A stretch of 64,000 nt of DNA from a virus. Positions within the stretch are counted from its first letter, which is position 1; every line of letters starts with the position of its first letter. A model generated the notes under the pieces. It saw only the letters and a program-made list of their open reading frames with translations, ran no database searches and was not told the DNA's origin. Shown here one piece after another: positions 26,490-36,228 of this stretch. A program made the translations under genes and the position numbers. Location: positions 7,938 through 71,937 of IMG/VR virus record IMGVR_UViG_3300027708_000060. One strand, written 5' to 3'.

Positions 26490-28040
26490 TTAGACTATGG
26501 CCCTTTGCAAGAACGCTTTAAGACTACCTAAATTCATCTCTACGCCACCGGTAGCATTGATACCTTCTCCATCCATCACAGCGTCGGCCACTGCATTCTT
26601 TTGCAGCAACATGTCGTGCTGGCGCTCCTCTATAGACCCCTCCATTAAGAAGTCTTGAATAACGATACTAGGCCAAGTCGAAGACGCCCTGCGTATGCGG
26701 CCATTTCTTTGAAGAGCCAGGCCAGCATTCCATGGCAGATCATAATTAATGAGAAGATTGGCTTGAGGAAGGTCAACACCATAACCTCCAGCATCAGAAG
26801 AAACAAGGATGCGGCAATCTGGATCAGTCTGAAACCAAATCTTAGATTCTTCTTTTTGTTTTGCATCCATCTCTCCAGTATATTTTGCTGAGGCGTGTCC
26901 TAAGTGTTCTTGAATTAACCAAACCATATGTACATAGCTAGTAAAGATAACTAGCTTGTTAGCATCATTCTGTTCTAAGAAATCGTCCACATATTGTTTA
27001 AGCGCTATAAGCTTTGGAGACTTAGTAAGCATATCTAACTTACCGGCTTCTTTTAAAGCATCTACATAGCCTGATCCTGAGGTGTCAAATAAACTTGGAC
27101 TATCACAGAGCATTCTTAATGCTGTTAGTTTAGACATGATCTTACCTTTAAGAGCATTGGCCGCCTCGTTTTGATTCTCACCAGAGTAGTGTGAGAATAT
27201 GTCAAAAGAAGCCCCATAGTTATCTATGGCTTGCTCTAGGTCCTCTAGGATTTCATTAGCTATATGATTGTAAAGTTTAACTCCAGCCCTATCAAAGGAA
27301 ATACGAAGAGGCTCTGCAAAGATAGTGTCCGGCAGGTAGGGCGCAACATCAGGATCTTGCTGACGTTTACGCACGCTAACCTGGGACATCGCTGTATTTA
27401 AAGTCTGTAGATTTCGGTAGCGTTCTACTCCACCGAAATGATTACGTACAATAAATGTTTTATCAAACAAATCGTAGCGTCCTAATACTTTAGAATCTAC
27501 AAATTGCATAATGCTATAGAGTTCTTCAGGTTTACCGTTTTCAATTGGAGTACCGGTAAGAGCAAACTTTACCCTACTATCTAGTTTCTTTACGTGTTTG
27601 GAACGTTTGGATCTAAAGCTTTTGATTGCGGTTGCTTCGTCGCATACGATGAAGCCTCTGCAGAGCTTTGATACTTGCTCCCAGTCGTTAACAACTTGCT
27701 CATAGTTAAGGATGACGTAATCAACGAGAGAATGCCCCCAGTCGAATGCCTCTTCATATTGGGCCTGTCTTTGTTTTGGCGTTCCATCAACGACCAAAGG
27801 GTGTGCAGTGTCATCTGTAAATTTCCTAATCTGTTCTGCCCATTGATATTTAAGACTTGATAAGCAGATAATGATACCAGGTTCTGTGATCTTTCCTTGT
27901 TCTTTTAATTCTTCTAGAGCTGCAATAGTCAAAACAGTTTTACCCAAGCCAAGATCGTAGGCCACAAGCATCTTTTTGCGTGCGATCATAGCCTCTACGG
28001 CATCAACTTGATAAGGTAAAAGTGTCCCTGTAAAACTCAT
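26490..28040 (-). CDS. SNF2-family (SF2) helicase
   Basis: DLGLGKT, CDEA, LTGTPIEN, G.G..L..A and QRNGRIRR motifs. Confidence 0.9.
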   Translation of the reverse strand: MSFTGTLLPYQVDAVEAMIARKKMLVAYDLGLGKTVLTIAALEELKEQGKITEPGIIICLSSLKYQWAEQIRKFTDDTAHPLVVDGTPKQRQAQYEEAFDWGHSLVDYVILNYEQVVNDWEQVSKLCRGFIVCDEATAIKSFRSKRSKHVKKLDSRVKFALTGTPIENGKPEELYSIMQFVDSKVLGRYDLFDKTFIVRNHFGGVERYRNLQTLNTAMSQVSVRKRQQDPDVAPYLPDTIFAEPLRISFDRAGVKLYNHIANEILEDLEQAIDNYGASFDIFSHYSGENQNEAANALKGKIMSKLTALRMLCDSPSLFDTSGSGYVDALKEAGKLDMLTKSPKLIALKQYVDDFLEQNDANKLVIFTSYVHMVWLIQEHLGHASAKYTGEMDAKQKEESKIWFQTDPDCRILVSSDAGGYGVDLPQANLLINYDLPWNAGLALQRNGRIRRASSTWPSIVIQDFLMEGSIEERQHDMLLQKNAVADAVMDGEGINATGGVEMNLGSLKAFLQRAIV

Positions 28041-28588
28041 ACGAGCGACATCATCCTTGTCTTAATCATAAGTTCTAAGTCTTCTATAGAAGAGTTGTTA
28101 GTAAAGATCTGATCTACCGGGTAGTCGTCCATTTGGTTTTCAGACACATGATTATTAACAGCTCCAACATTTAAGCGCTTTATGCGCCAGAGCTGACCAT
28201 GGTTAGCTCGTATCATATCTGCTTCATTAATAAATCTAACATCTGTTATAACATAGTTCATATCTGGTCTAGGATCATTAAGCATTGTTTTCATTGCTTC
28301 ATGTACCCAAAATCCTTCTCCAAATACTTTGCGAGCAGCTACACCAGAGTTCTGTAATAGGCGACGAATCTGTGGGGATTGCTTAGCTTTTTCCCACCCA
28401 TCACGGTCTACCCGTGCTTTAACGAACAAAGGTTCACCAGCAATAGAATCAAACATTGGATTGGTCTCATAAAGAAACTCACGGATCTTATCTGCAAACG
28501 CTACTCTGGTAAACCCATACTGGTTTATTAAGATCTTAGCTACCGTATCTTTACCTGACTGTGCGTACCCTGTCAAACCTATGATCAT
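28037..28588 (-). CDS. deoxynucleoside monophosphate kinase
   Basis: IIGLTGYAQSGKDT, AFAD..R, R.LLQ..G, ITDVRF.NE, H.SE. Confidence 0.88.
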   Translation of the reverse strand: MIIGLTGYAQSGKDTVAKILINQYGFTRVAFADKIREFLYETNPMFDSIAGEPLFVKARVDRDGWEKAKQSPQIRRLLQNSGVAARKVFGEGFWVHEAMKTMLNDPRPDMNYVITDVRFINEADMIRANHGQLWRIKRLNVGAVNNHVSENQMDDYPVDQIFTNNSSIEDLELMIKTRMMSLV

Positions 28589-28824
28589 GACCCATCCCTC
28601 ACTATTTTAACTGCTTCTGTTAATCCGGCTGCTTCTAGTTGTTTAGCTATTTGTTCACGTATACGATCTTCCCAAAGTTTTCTTTTATGAGAACGTTTTT
28701 TATCTGGATGTTGGTTTTGAAATACCCCATTAGGATCGTGAACATGGCAAAAGCCTTCATCAGTAATACGTTCAGTAATTAAACAAGGAGTTCCCTTTAA
28801 TGTTATAGCTTTACATTTGTTCAT
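28585..28824 (-). CDS. small protein with C-x8-C...C..H zinc motif
   Basis: CKAITLKGTPC...FCHVH. Confidence 0.6.
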   Translation of the reverse strand: MNKCKAITLKGTPCLITERITDEGFCHVHDPNGVFQNQHPDKKRSHKRKLWEDRIREQIAKQLEAAGLTEAVKIVRDGS

Positions 28825-29786
28825 AAAAATGCCGCCTCACCGAACACTGAATGTTTTGAACCCTCTAAGCAATAGTGTACCAAATCCTCTGGCATATCGC
28901 CAATGTCCTTGTATTCACTACCTTGATAGTTTAAAAACCAACACTCCATTCCCTCTTTGCGTGTTCGTTCTAAAAGATCTGAAGATGCTTTCTTTCCCGC
29001 AGCATCATTATCCATTGCAAGAATTAATTTATCTGCACCCTTCATTAGCTGGATCTGATCCGCACTTACAGCTGCACCAAATGTTGAGACGCCCCCAATA
29101 ACCCCCAATGATGCTAGACGTACGGAGTCTAAAGGAGACTCAACTACAATCATTGTTCCTCCAGTAAATGCGTCAAGACCAAATAAAGTTTTGGATTTAG
29201 CCACACCGGTAGGACGATTACGAAAGAATCTTTCTGTCTGACTCTTTTCTTGCCAACCCATTAATGTTTTAGTTGCTGGGTTACGAATAGGCGTAATCCA
29301 AGAGTTCTTTAAAGGACTCCAACGTACTCCGTAAAGCTTGCAAGCCTTCTCAGTTAAACCCCTAGCAGATAAAGCCCAATCAGGGGCTACACTGTCAAAG
29401 ATTGACAGCCTTGCCTCACTCATGCTAACTGGTGCTGGAAGTGCGATGTAGGTATTGCGGGCTTCCTCAAGCTGACGAGCAAGGTGTTCAAAATTAACTT
29501 CGATATTGTTACGAAGCCAATCTTTGGCAGCATCAAAGTCAACGTGTCCCCATGGAGTTGTAAACTCTTTAACTTCACCCACAAGAGTAAGCAAAGTTCC
29601 TTTGTATCCACAGGAGAAGCAGTGGTGAACACCAGACTCAGCATTCATAGACCAAGAAGGATGGTTGTCTTCCCGGCCTGTGCGCTCTAAGTGCATTGGG
29701 CATAAGCCAAGCAGCTCATCCCCACGCTGAGTAGTCTCAATACCTAAGGTAAGTAAGACTCCTTCTACTGCGCCCTCTGCATACAT
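28821..29786 (-). CDS. DNA primase (CHC2 zinc finger plus TOPRIM)
   Basis: CPMH...CFSC; VVES.LD; MDNDAAG; KDIGD. Confidence 0.88.
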   Translation of the reverse strand: MYAEGAVEGVLLTLGIETTQRGDELLGLCPMHLERTGREDNHPSWSMNAESGVHHCFSCGYKGTLLTLVGEVKEFTTPWGHVDFDAAKDWLRNNIEVNFEHLARQLEEARNTYIALPAPVSMSEARLSIFDSVAPDWALSARGLTEKACKLYGVRWSPLKNSWITPIRNPATKTLMGWQEKSQTERFFRNRPTGVAKSKTLFGLDAFTGGTMIVVESPLDSVRLASLGVIGGVSTFGAAVSADQIQLMKGADKLILAMDNDAAGKKASSDLLERTRKEGMECWFLNYQGSEYKDIGDMPEDLVHYCLEGSKHSVFGEAAFL

Positions 29787-29998
29787 TATTCAACCCCTCT
29801 GAACCAACCTGGCTTGTCTGGAAGTGTAGGAGCTGTGGCTTTAGAACCACAAAGCGCACACTCCATATCTGTAAAGTACATCCCAATCTCATAGTCTTCA
29901 AACATTACTTGAAGATTCCAAACTCGAGATCCACATACGCAAACGTGTGTAGGCTCTCCTTGTAGATCTATTGCTAAATTTTCTTCTTTATTAATCAT
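29786..29998 (-). CDS. small zinc-ribbon protein
   Basis: CVCG...CALC. Confidence 0.6.
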   Translation of the reverse strand: MINKEENLAIDLQGEPTHVCVCGSRVWNLQVMFEDYEIGMYFTDMECALCGSKATAPTLPDKPGWFRGVE

Positions 29999-30255
29999 CG
30001 TCTCGCCTTTCTGCGAATACTACGGCGTTCTTTAGGGGTTGTTCCACCCCATACACCTTCTTTTTCATTAGTCTTTAAAGCAAATTCTAAGCATTTGTCT
30101 TTAAGCCAGCAGCTACTGCAAATATTTTTAGCCATATCAAAATCAGATTCGTTATAGTTTCCAAGATCATCTGCTTCAGGGTAAAAAATATCTGTAGGAT
30201 ACTGCAGGCATAGCTGAGTACCATCAAATGGACTGGATATTATTGAAAGCTGCAT
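29995..30255 (-). CDS. whiB: WhiB-family transcription factor (copy 2)
   Basis: C....DIFYP, AKNICSSC.L...CL, GVWGGTTP.ERR. Confidence 0.9.
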   Translation of the reverse strand: MQLSIISSPFDGTQLCLQYPTDIFYPEADDLGNYNESDFDMAKNICSSCWLKDKCLEFALKTNEKEGVWGGTTPKERRSIRRKARR

Positions 30256-31459
30256 ACTCTTCAAAGCGACCCTCCTCCCAATCCCACAGTAGATCTGTGG
30301 ATCCCATACCTGATATACGGCTAGCTGCCACGCTTAGAGAACGAGATGAGTCATCCTCTTCATCCTGTCGTTGTAAAACTAGAACAATGTCTGAGTCCTG
30401 CAAGAACGATGATGTGTAACCAATAGAGTCTGCAGTTACCTTGCCCCCACGCATTTTAGAGCGCAGAGTCTGAGTACTAACTACAACCGGAATGTCGTAG
30501 CGCTGTGCTACACGTTTCATTCCACGAGTAAGACTACGAAGTGATCTCTCACTTTCAGTCTCACCGGTCTCTTCGTCAAACATAAGATACATACCGTCCA
30601 CAAATAAAATGTCAGGTTTATATTTTTCTACCTTTGCACAGAGCCCTGTAATAGTTCTAGAAGCCACTGTGTCAGGCATCCAGAAGTCATCACGTGCCAT
30701 ACCTAAATGATTTAAGTAGCTCTTCTCTTCATCAGGACGCAACGCACCCATGATCAAACGCTTGTGTGAGATATGAGAACGCATCGCATCATAGCGAGTC
30801 TTCATTTCTCTAGCGGTCATTTCAAACGACTGAAACATGACCCGTTGGTTTTCATCCTGTGCTCTAATAGCCATCTGCATAGCAAGCACGGACTTACCGG
30901 TCTTAGGAGGGGCTGCAATAGTCCACAGCTGTTGTTTCAAAACACCGGAGGTAATCTCATCAATAGTTTTAAAACCAGTAGATAACCCAAGCAAACCATT
31001 AGGACGAGTCTTGATAGCAATGTATTCATCGTAACGTTGCATAGGATGATCACTAAGATTCTCATCAGTAGAATCTCTTTGATTATCATTCATCAAGATT
31101 TGTGCTGCTGATGCCATGGTCTGCAATGCAGTGTTGTGATCTTGTTGTGATACTGCCTGCTGAGCTTCCAGCAAAGCATCGATAGTCTTCTGACGCTTAC
31201 GGTATTCTATTAACTGGTCGAGTAAATACTCAATGCTGTCTTCTACGGCATGCAAAGTATACGTAGGAAAGTTATCTCTAACCGTTACGGCTGTAGGGAC
31301 TTCTCCGTACTTCTCGTTATGTTTAGAAACAAACTTCCATACCTGCTTGTTAAGGTCGTTAAAGAACCAGTCTTCTTGTACCCCGCACTCAAGCAGCGGT
31401 TGAATATCTCTGCTACGGATAGCTTTAGATAATAAACGCTCTTCATTATTGGCGGCCAT
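30224..31459 (-). CDS. dnaB: DnaB-like replicative helicase
   Basis: GLSTGF..ID, APPKTGKS, SFEM, LFVDG, QDSD.V. Confidence 0.88.
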   Translation of the reverse strand: MAANNEERLLSKAIRSRDIQPLLECGVQEDWFFNDLNKQVWKFVSKHNEKYGEVPTAVTVRDNFPTYTLHAVEDSIEYLLDQLIEYRKRQKTIDALLEAQQAVSQQDHNTALQTMASAAQILMNDNQRDSTDENLSDHPMQRYDEYIAIKTRPNGLLGLSTGFKTIDEITSGVLKQQLWTIAAPPKTGKSVLAMQMAIRAQDENQRVMFQSFEMTAREMKTRYDAMRSHISHKRLIMGALRPDEEKSYLNHLGMARDDFWMPDTVASRTITGLCAKVEKYKPDILFVDGMYLMFDEETGETESERSLRSLTRGMKRVAQRYDIPVVVSTQTLRSKMRGGKVTADSIGYTSSFLQDSDIVLVLQRQDEEDDSSRSLSVAASRISGMGSTDLLWDWEEGRFEEYAAFNNIQSI

Positions 31460-31862
31460 TCACTCTCCCCTCATCCAAAAACCAGTGACCGTATCTTAGC
31501 GCACGATCTGGAATATCAATTACATGCTTTACTTCTGGCCTATAAGGAAGCTCTGCTACAAGATCAGCAACTACGTTGTAAGCTTTTGCATAGTTAAACG
31601 GATTAGTTCCTAGGTTATCTAAATCCTCTAGGATTCTATCCATATCATTTTGAGATCTTTCAAACCCCACAAGCTCTAGTGAATACTCATAGGTATCTTT
31701 AAATCTCCAGAAATGAGCAAGGGCTCTTCTATCATAGGTTGTCTCTATGTAAGGAACTGAAATGCCCAGCACCTTGTTAATTCTAGGTTCTCTTACAAGC
31801 AAGCAATCTAAAGAAACTAGAACTCGCATTGGGATTTCATTTGAAATATCGCCCCCACGCAT
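31446..31862 (-). CDS. hypothetical protein
   Basis: intact ORF in the replication operon. Confidence 0.6.
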   Translation of the reverse strand: MRGGDISNEIPMRVLVSLDCLLVREPRINKVLGISVPYIETTYDRRALAHFWRFKDTYEYSLELVGFERSQNDMDRILEDLDNLGTNPFNYAKAYNVVADLVAELPYRPEVKHVIDIPDRALRYGHWFLDEGRVNGRQ

Positions 31863-31864
31863 TT

Positions 31865-32161
31865 CTAAACTATTTCTATTTTGCCGTAGTTTACCAGAAG
31901 CTGTCTGAAGGCTTCCGGATCTTCACTAGCGGTAGCACTTTGTTCACGATCTACCTTGTTAGAAATTTCTACAGGATAGACACCGCCGTTTAAATTCATA
32001 CGGTCTTTAACAAAGCGTGTGTGCTTGCAAGTATTGCGTGTATCAAAGCCAGCACAATTACAACGCAACTTGAGAGAGCTGTGATGCACGTGCACTTCAT
32101 GAACACCTGTTTCAGATAAAAAAATCTGAGTGATCATCCAACCCATAGTTTTCTCTTTCAT
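31865..32161 (-). CDS. SWIM zinc-finger protein
   Basis: CNC.GF.....CKH. Confidence 0.7.
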   Translation of the reverse strand: MKEKTMGWMITQIFLSETGVHEVHVHHSSLKLRCNCAGFDTRNTCKHTRFVKDRMNLNGGVYPVEISNKVDREQSATASEDPEAFRQLLVNYGKIEIV

Positions 32162-32799
32162 TTGCGTCGATCCCCTGTCTCTGATTCTACATCAGCCCAC
32201 ATGAATGCTTCATGGGCAAAGCTTTCCATTGCTTCTCCGTAAGTACTTCTCCACTTTGAAAACTTAACATTTGTAGTTACGATAGTTGGTAATCCCGCAT
32301 TAAAGCGAGAACGCAACACCGCATCAAACATATTTTCTGACCAACCACTTGCAGTTCGATATTCTTTTCCTAAGTCATCTAAGATAAAAAGTGGTATGGC
32401 ATCTCTTACATCCCCGTTAATCTTTTGAATCAAGTCCTTAGCTTCAGAGTCTGTCCAAGACTCCTTCTCAAGCCGTAGGTATTTTGGGTAATCCATAAAT
32501 AGACCTGGCTGGTTAGAGGAGACTGGCATAGTACGAATAAGCTCCTGCAGGGCTACAGAGGCCAATGTGGTCTTGCCATGACCTGGTAACCCTACCAAGG
32601 CTAGTCCAAGGCCGCTAGAGGGGCTTCCAGGGCTTTTAATGACCATCCCTGACCGGACTGTATCTACCCATTTCTGGACCACGGAGACAACCTGAGGGTT
32701 ATCTAGGTCTGAGAACTCCATACCGATGGTTTTCATAGGCAAGGTAGCCCGCAGGATAGCGTGGCGGGTTGTAGGAGACTCTTTGTTAATGTCGTACAT
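32158..32799 (-). CDS. DnaC/IstB-like AAA+ helicase loader
   Basis: GLPGHGKT, FILDDLGKE, R.R....PTIVTTN. Confidence 0.88.
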   Translation of the reverse strand: MYDINKESPTTRHAILRATLPMKTIGMEFSDLDNPQVVSVVQKWVDTVRSGMVIKSPGSPSSGLGLALVGLPGHGKTTLASVALQELIRTMPVSSNQPGLFMDYPKYLRLEKESWTDSEAKDLIQKINGDVRDAIPLFILDDLGKEYRTASGWSENMFDAVLRSRFNAGLPTIVTTNVKFSKWRSTYGEAMESFAHEAFMWADVESETGDRRK

Positions 32800-33719
32800 T
32801 ACTTGCCCCCTAGTAGTCGTAGCATCTTTTCTTGCTGGTTTCTAACCATCTCTTCATCGTATGAGTCAGGAAGTTCTTCCCGAGTCACAGTTCCCTCTAC
32901 CGTCTGATAGTAAGCGATGAACTTACGCCAGATAGGAATACCTGTTCCAGCGTTGTTTAAATTGCGTGGGTCCTCAAAGAACATTCTAATCGATGTAAGT
33001 ACCTGTTGTCTAGTCGCACCTTTACCAACCTGCTGGTTAATCCATAACGCTAGTGAGCGTGTGTTAAGCTGCATGGTGAGATGTCCAGCTGTACTTGCGT
33101 TTAGTAATGATCCAAACTCTGAAACTAAATCTGCTGTACTCCAGTTCTCCTCAGGCATATTGCTGCGATGAGTAACTGAAGTCTCAGGCTTAGCCCCATA
33201 CTTAAGTCTGCGCATAGCGACCTTGTCTTCAATTCGACCTACCGCTCCAGCAGGATCCTCTTCGACAAACTTTTTAGGCTTAGGAGTTTCATCTCCATCT
33301 AAATCCCATCCCATTTCAACTCCTTCTTTACTTGGGAAATTTTTTCCCAATATAGTAGAACTACGTAGTAGTTCTACTATAGGTTTATCTACTGTAGATA
33401 TATCGTTAGTACTAGTCACAGCAGCTGTATCACTATAGACATACAAGAGCCCTGAAAATCCGGTGTCGGTGCCAAGAAGCTTTTTAGCCCCTTTTGTGAA
33501 CTTCATGTATGAATTCCACTTCCCGTTAACTTGCTCTCGGGTCGTGATAATGTATCCAAAACGTTTCAATTCGTTGATTGCAGACTGGATAGCGTCTCTG
33601 CCTTCGGGCATGACAGCAGAAAGCTCGTCGGCAGATACAGGTCTGCCTAGCTCTGCGTAATATGCGAACACCCCTTTTGCCCTAGCGGACAAGTACGGAT
33701 TTGAATATGCTGATTTCAT
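32799..33719 (-). CDS. putative replication initiator with N-terminal winged HTH
   Basis: LSARAKG...EGRDAIQSAINELKRFGYI pattern; directly upstream of the DnaC-like loader. Confidence 0.65.
   Translation of the reverse strand: MKSAYSNPYLSARAKGVFAYYAELGRPVSADELSAVMPEGRDAIQSAINELKRFGYIITTREQVNGKWNSYMKFTKGAKKLLGTDTGFSGLLYVYSDTAAVTSTNDISTVDKPIVELLRSSTILGKNFPSKEGVEMGWDLDGDETPKPKKFVEEDPAGAVGRIEDKVAMRRLKYGAKPETSVTHRSNMPEENWSTADLVSEFGSLLNASTAGHLTMQLNTRSLALWINQQVGKGATRQQVLTSIRMFFEDPRNLNNAGTGIPIWRKFIAYYQTVEGTVTREELPDSYDEEMVRNQQEKMLRLLGGK
33332..33400. repeat. three near-abutting palindromes inside the initiator gene, candidate origin
   Basis: TTGGGAAA-ttt-TTTCCCAA; TATAGTAGAACTAC-gta-GTAGTTCTACTATA; TATCTAC-t-GTAGATA. 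Confidence 0.75.
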
Positions 33720-33740
33720 AAAGCCCCCTCTTTAAATATT

Positions 33741-34007
33741 CTACCGAGGTGGGATACGTTTTGGCAAATCGCCTTTTGGAAGTCCGGTAAAGATCTGTTC
33801 CACAAGCAGTGACAGTGTAAGCCCAATGAATGTGGATGCTAGAATGTAAGGAAATAGAAAGCGCAACCTTACTGTCAAGATTAGACAAAAGATTAAACTT
33901 AGTACAAGACCTAACAAGCTACGCCACTTACCAAGCTTGAGTAAGAATGCTTCTACTGCAGCCAAAATACACGCTGTTGCTAACGCTGAAACTATTAATG
34001 TGCCCAT
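33741..34007 (-). CDS. small membrane protein, about 3 TM
   Basis: very hydrophobic 88-aa ORF; TAGACT 7 nt before ATG. Confidence 0.65.
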   Translation of the reverse strand: MGTLIVSALATACILAAVEAFLLKLGKWRSLLGLVLSLIFCLILTVRLRFLFPYILASTFIGLTLSLLVEQIFTGLPKGDLPKRIPPR

Positions 34008-34017
34008 ATAAAACAGT

Positions 34018-35982
34018 CTACTCTCTAAAGACAACTCTGTCAATATCGAAGCCTTGACCTGAGACATATGTGGTTGGGCCACAAGATATGGTAACAATTG
34101 CGTATGCGGATCCAGTAATAGAGCTAACCGGAAATGAGTTTCCAATATAAGCCCAACGATTAGTGTGAGTTATTGAAACAACTTTAGACCTAGCAGTTGA
34201 AGTAATTTCTGAGTTAGAAGCCCCTGTAGAGTCTTTAGAGTTAGTAGTTTTAGCGCCGGTAATATTATCTTGATATACAACTATAACGTTATCATTAATG
34301 TCGTAGTAATCTACTCTTAGGCTATAGATGCCTAAAGAGTCTGAGTTAATTGGACGTATAGCTACAGAAGAATAATAACCGGCATCAGCAACAATATAAA
34401 TTTTTCCAGTTTGAATACCAAAATATGGGCTGAAACTAGAGCCTGCCGTAGTAACTCGGCAATATCCTTGGCCATGAGTGACACTATCACCTAATAAAGT
34501 TCCACTAGCAATTTTTCTAGTTAATGTAGAGTTAACTGCAGCCCAACCATTTAAATCATTTTCAAAAGAAGAAGAGGAAATTTTAGCGTTAGGTAGGTCT
34601 GCGTAAACATCAGATGATCGGCCTGTAGCAATTCCCCAGTTCCCCCCTACGGGCATATAGTTTCCTAAAGTTGCATTTAATCTATTAATTTTAGTTCCAT
34701 AGTTAGAAAAATAACTGCTCTTTCCTCCACCAACACTTTGAACTTTAGCTGCCCAAATAGTTTTACCAGAAGTTAAAGGGTTATTAATAATAAAAGTACT
34801 TCCAGAAGTTATATCTAAATATTGATTTACTATTCGACCATACTCGCCATGAACTCCATCAATATGAAAGTATGTTGAGGTAGAGCCTGTAGTATTAGAT
34901 ATAGAAATAGTAAAAGGAACAGTAGTGGCACCAGCAGCTAACTGAACTACGGTGTGAATTCTTTTCCAATCCCCCTTTTCAGCTGAAGAAATTGTAAATG
35001 TATTTGTACCTAATGTATATGTTGCTTGAGCTCCACGAACATAGGCAGAAATGATAAAGTCTTCTCCACCGACTGCTGCTGAAGAAAGATAAGCAGTTCC
35101 GCTTAAAGATCCGGTAGAAGAATAAGTTAACTTTCCAAAATAATTGCCATACTTAGGTAACAAACCCGCATCTGAAGCAATACGGGTAAGAGTACCGCTA
35201 CCTGCTGTCCAGTCTGTAGTATTTGTTTCAAATCCCGAGTTACTTACATAGTTATATACTTCTTTAAATTCCCATTTACAATCTGCGGGGGCGTAATATT
35301 GTTGAGTCAATGGATTAGTGATAGCTATTCCACCATCGCCAGAAAAAAATGGATCAATTGCAGAAGACTTTTCAAGGAGTCCTCCATCTAACCAGTAACT
35401 ATCTCCAGCCACATTGTCTGTAAAATAAAAACTTACTTTAACTAAAGGATTGCCAGCATCTTGAGAAAATGGTGGGGTAATACCTGTACCATAAACTTGA
35501 ATAGGTGCAGTAGTAGAAAGAGTAAAAGGATTGCTATCTACAAAATATTGAGTAGTTGGGTAATATTGTCCATCAGCATCTGAAAGAATTGATGACTGCA
35601 GTTGTGTAGAGGATTGATTAGAAAATTCAATTCTTACTTTTACTGTCCTAGCCGCAGACCCCAGTATATAAGCACTGGCAACAATTTGTTGTCCTGGCTC
35701 TATAGCAACCCAATCAGAGATATAAGCAGCGGTACCGGTAGCAATAGAAGTTAACTTGCCTACTTTAGTTCCGTGAACAATTGCCGCAGTAGTTACACTG
35801 TCTTGACTAAGGTTTCCATTTAAAGGAGTCCAAGAAGATAAACCGTATTCCATTTCTGGATTGTAAAAGTAGTTTTCTTTTTCACCAGCAACATTAATGT
35901 AGATCTTACGGGCGTCTTCATACATAAGACTATGAGATGCTTCAGCAAATTGAAGCATGTCAAAGTAAACATTGTCAGCCAT
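34018..35982 (-). CDS. baseplate/tail protein with tandem carbohydrate-binding-like (CBM4/9-type) domains
   Basis: repeated N..NxxFE...W and Y.SAY...W.R...(F/W).D modules; AAGGAG RBS. Confidence 0.7.
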   Translation of the reverse strand: MADNVYFDMLQFAEASHSLMYEDARKIYINVAGEKENYFYNPEMEYGLSSWTPLNGNLSQDSVTTAAIVHGTKVGKLTSIATGTAAYISDWVAIEPGQQIVASAYILGSAARTVKVRIEFSNQSSTQLQSSILSDADGQYYPTTQYFVDSNPFTLSTTAPIQVYGTGITPPFSQDAGNPLVKVSFYFTDNVAGDSYWLDGGLLEKSSAIDPFFSGDGGIAITNPLTQQYYAPADCKWEFKEVYNYVSNSGFETNTTDWTAGSGTLTRIASDAGLLPKYGNYFGKLTYSSTGSLSGTAYLSSAAVGGEDFIISAYVRGAQATYTLGTNTFTISSAEKGDWKRIHTVVQLAAGATTVPFTISISNTTGSTSTYFHIDGVHGEYGRIVNQYLDITSGSTFIINNPLTSGKTIWAAKVQSVGGGKSSYFSNYGTKINRLNATLGNYMPVGGNWGIATGRSSDVYADLPNAKISSSSFENDLNGWAAVNSTLTRKIASGTLLGDSVTHGQGYCRVTTAGSSFSPYFGIQTGKIYIVADAGYYSSVAIRPINSDSLGIYSLRVDYYDINDNVIVVYQDNITGAKTTNSKDSTGASNSEITSTARSKVVSITHTNRWAYIGNSFPVSSITGSAYAIVTISCGPTTYVSGQGFDIDRVVFRE

Positions 35983-36006
35983 CAGATCTCCTTAAAGAGT
36001 AAATAA

Positions 36007-36228
36007 TTATTCTGTTGGGGTTTCTATAACTGGTGGATTTGATAATTCAGCAATAACATTTTTAGCCCATTCAGTTGCTTCCTCTTTAGAAGCCCAAGGT
36101 TGATTGCTATTGTTAGGATTAAAAGGTTGAAGAATATCAGGTGCGCCTGCCTCATTAGGTGTATTGGCGTTCCAAATACGAACGGTGTTTTCGTCATCTA
36201 CTTCATAGCGAAATGGATTTTTTGCCAT
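36007..36228 (-). CDS. hypothetical protein, possibly a fibre accessory
   Basis: TAATG coupling; QP..P....PW...EA..WA pattern. Confidence 0.6.
   Translation of the reverse strand: MAKNPFRYEVDDENTVRIWNANTPNEAGAPDILQPFNPNNSNQPWASKEEATEWAKNVIAELSNPPVIETPTE

Noticed and set aside
26286-26531. Plus-strand 81-aa ORF
   Set aside because: Overlaps the better-supported minus-strand RHH gene 26325-26480
3446-31459. Inteins or introns in nrdJ, recA, polA, helicases
   Set aside because: ORFs are continuous and of ordinary length, with no splice-junction or homing endonuclease motifs noticed
31446-31862. Possible second degenerate HAD-like fold
   Set aside because: Only a weak pattern (VLVSLDCLL, VIDIPD); not supportable without a profile search
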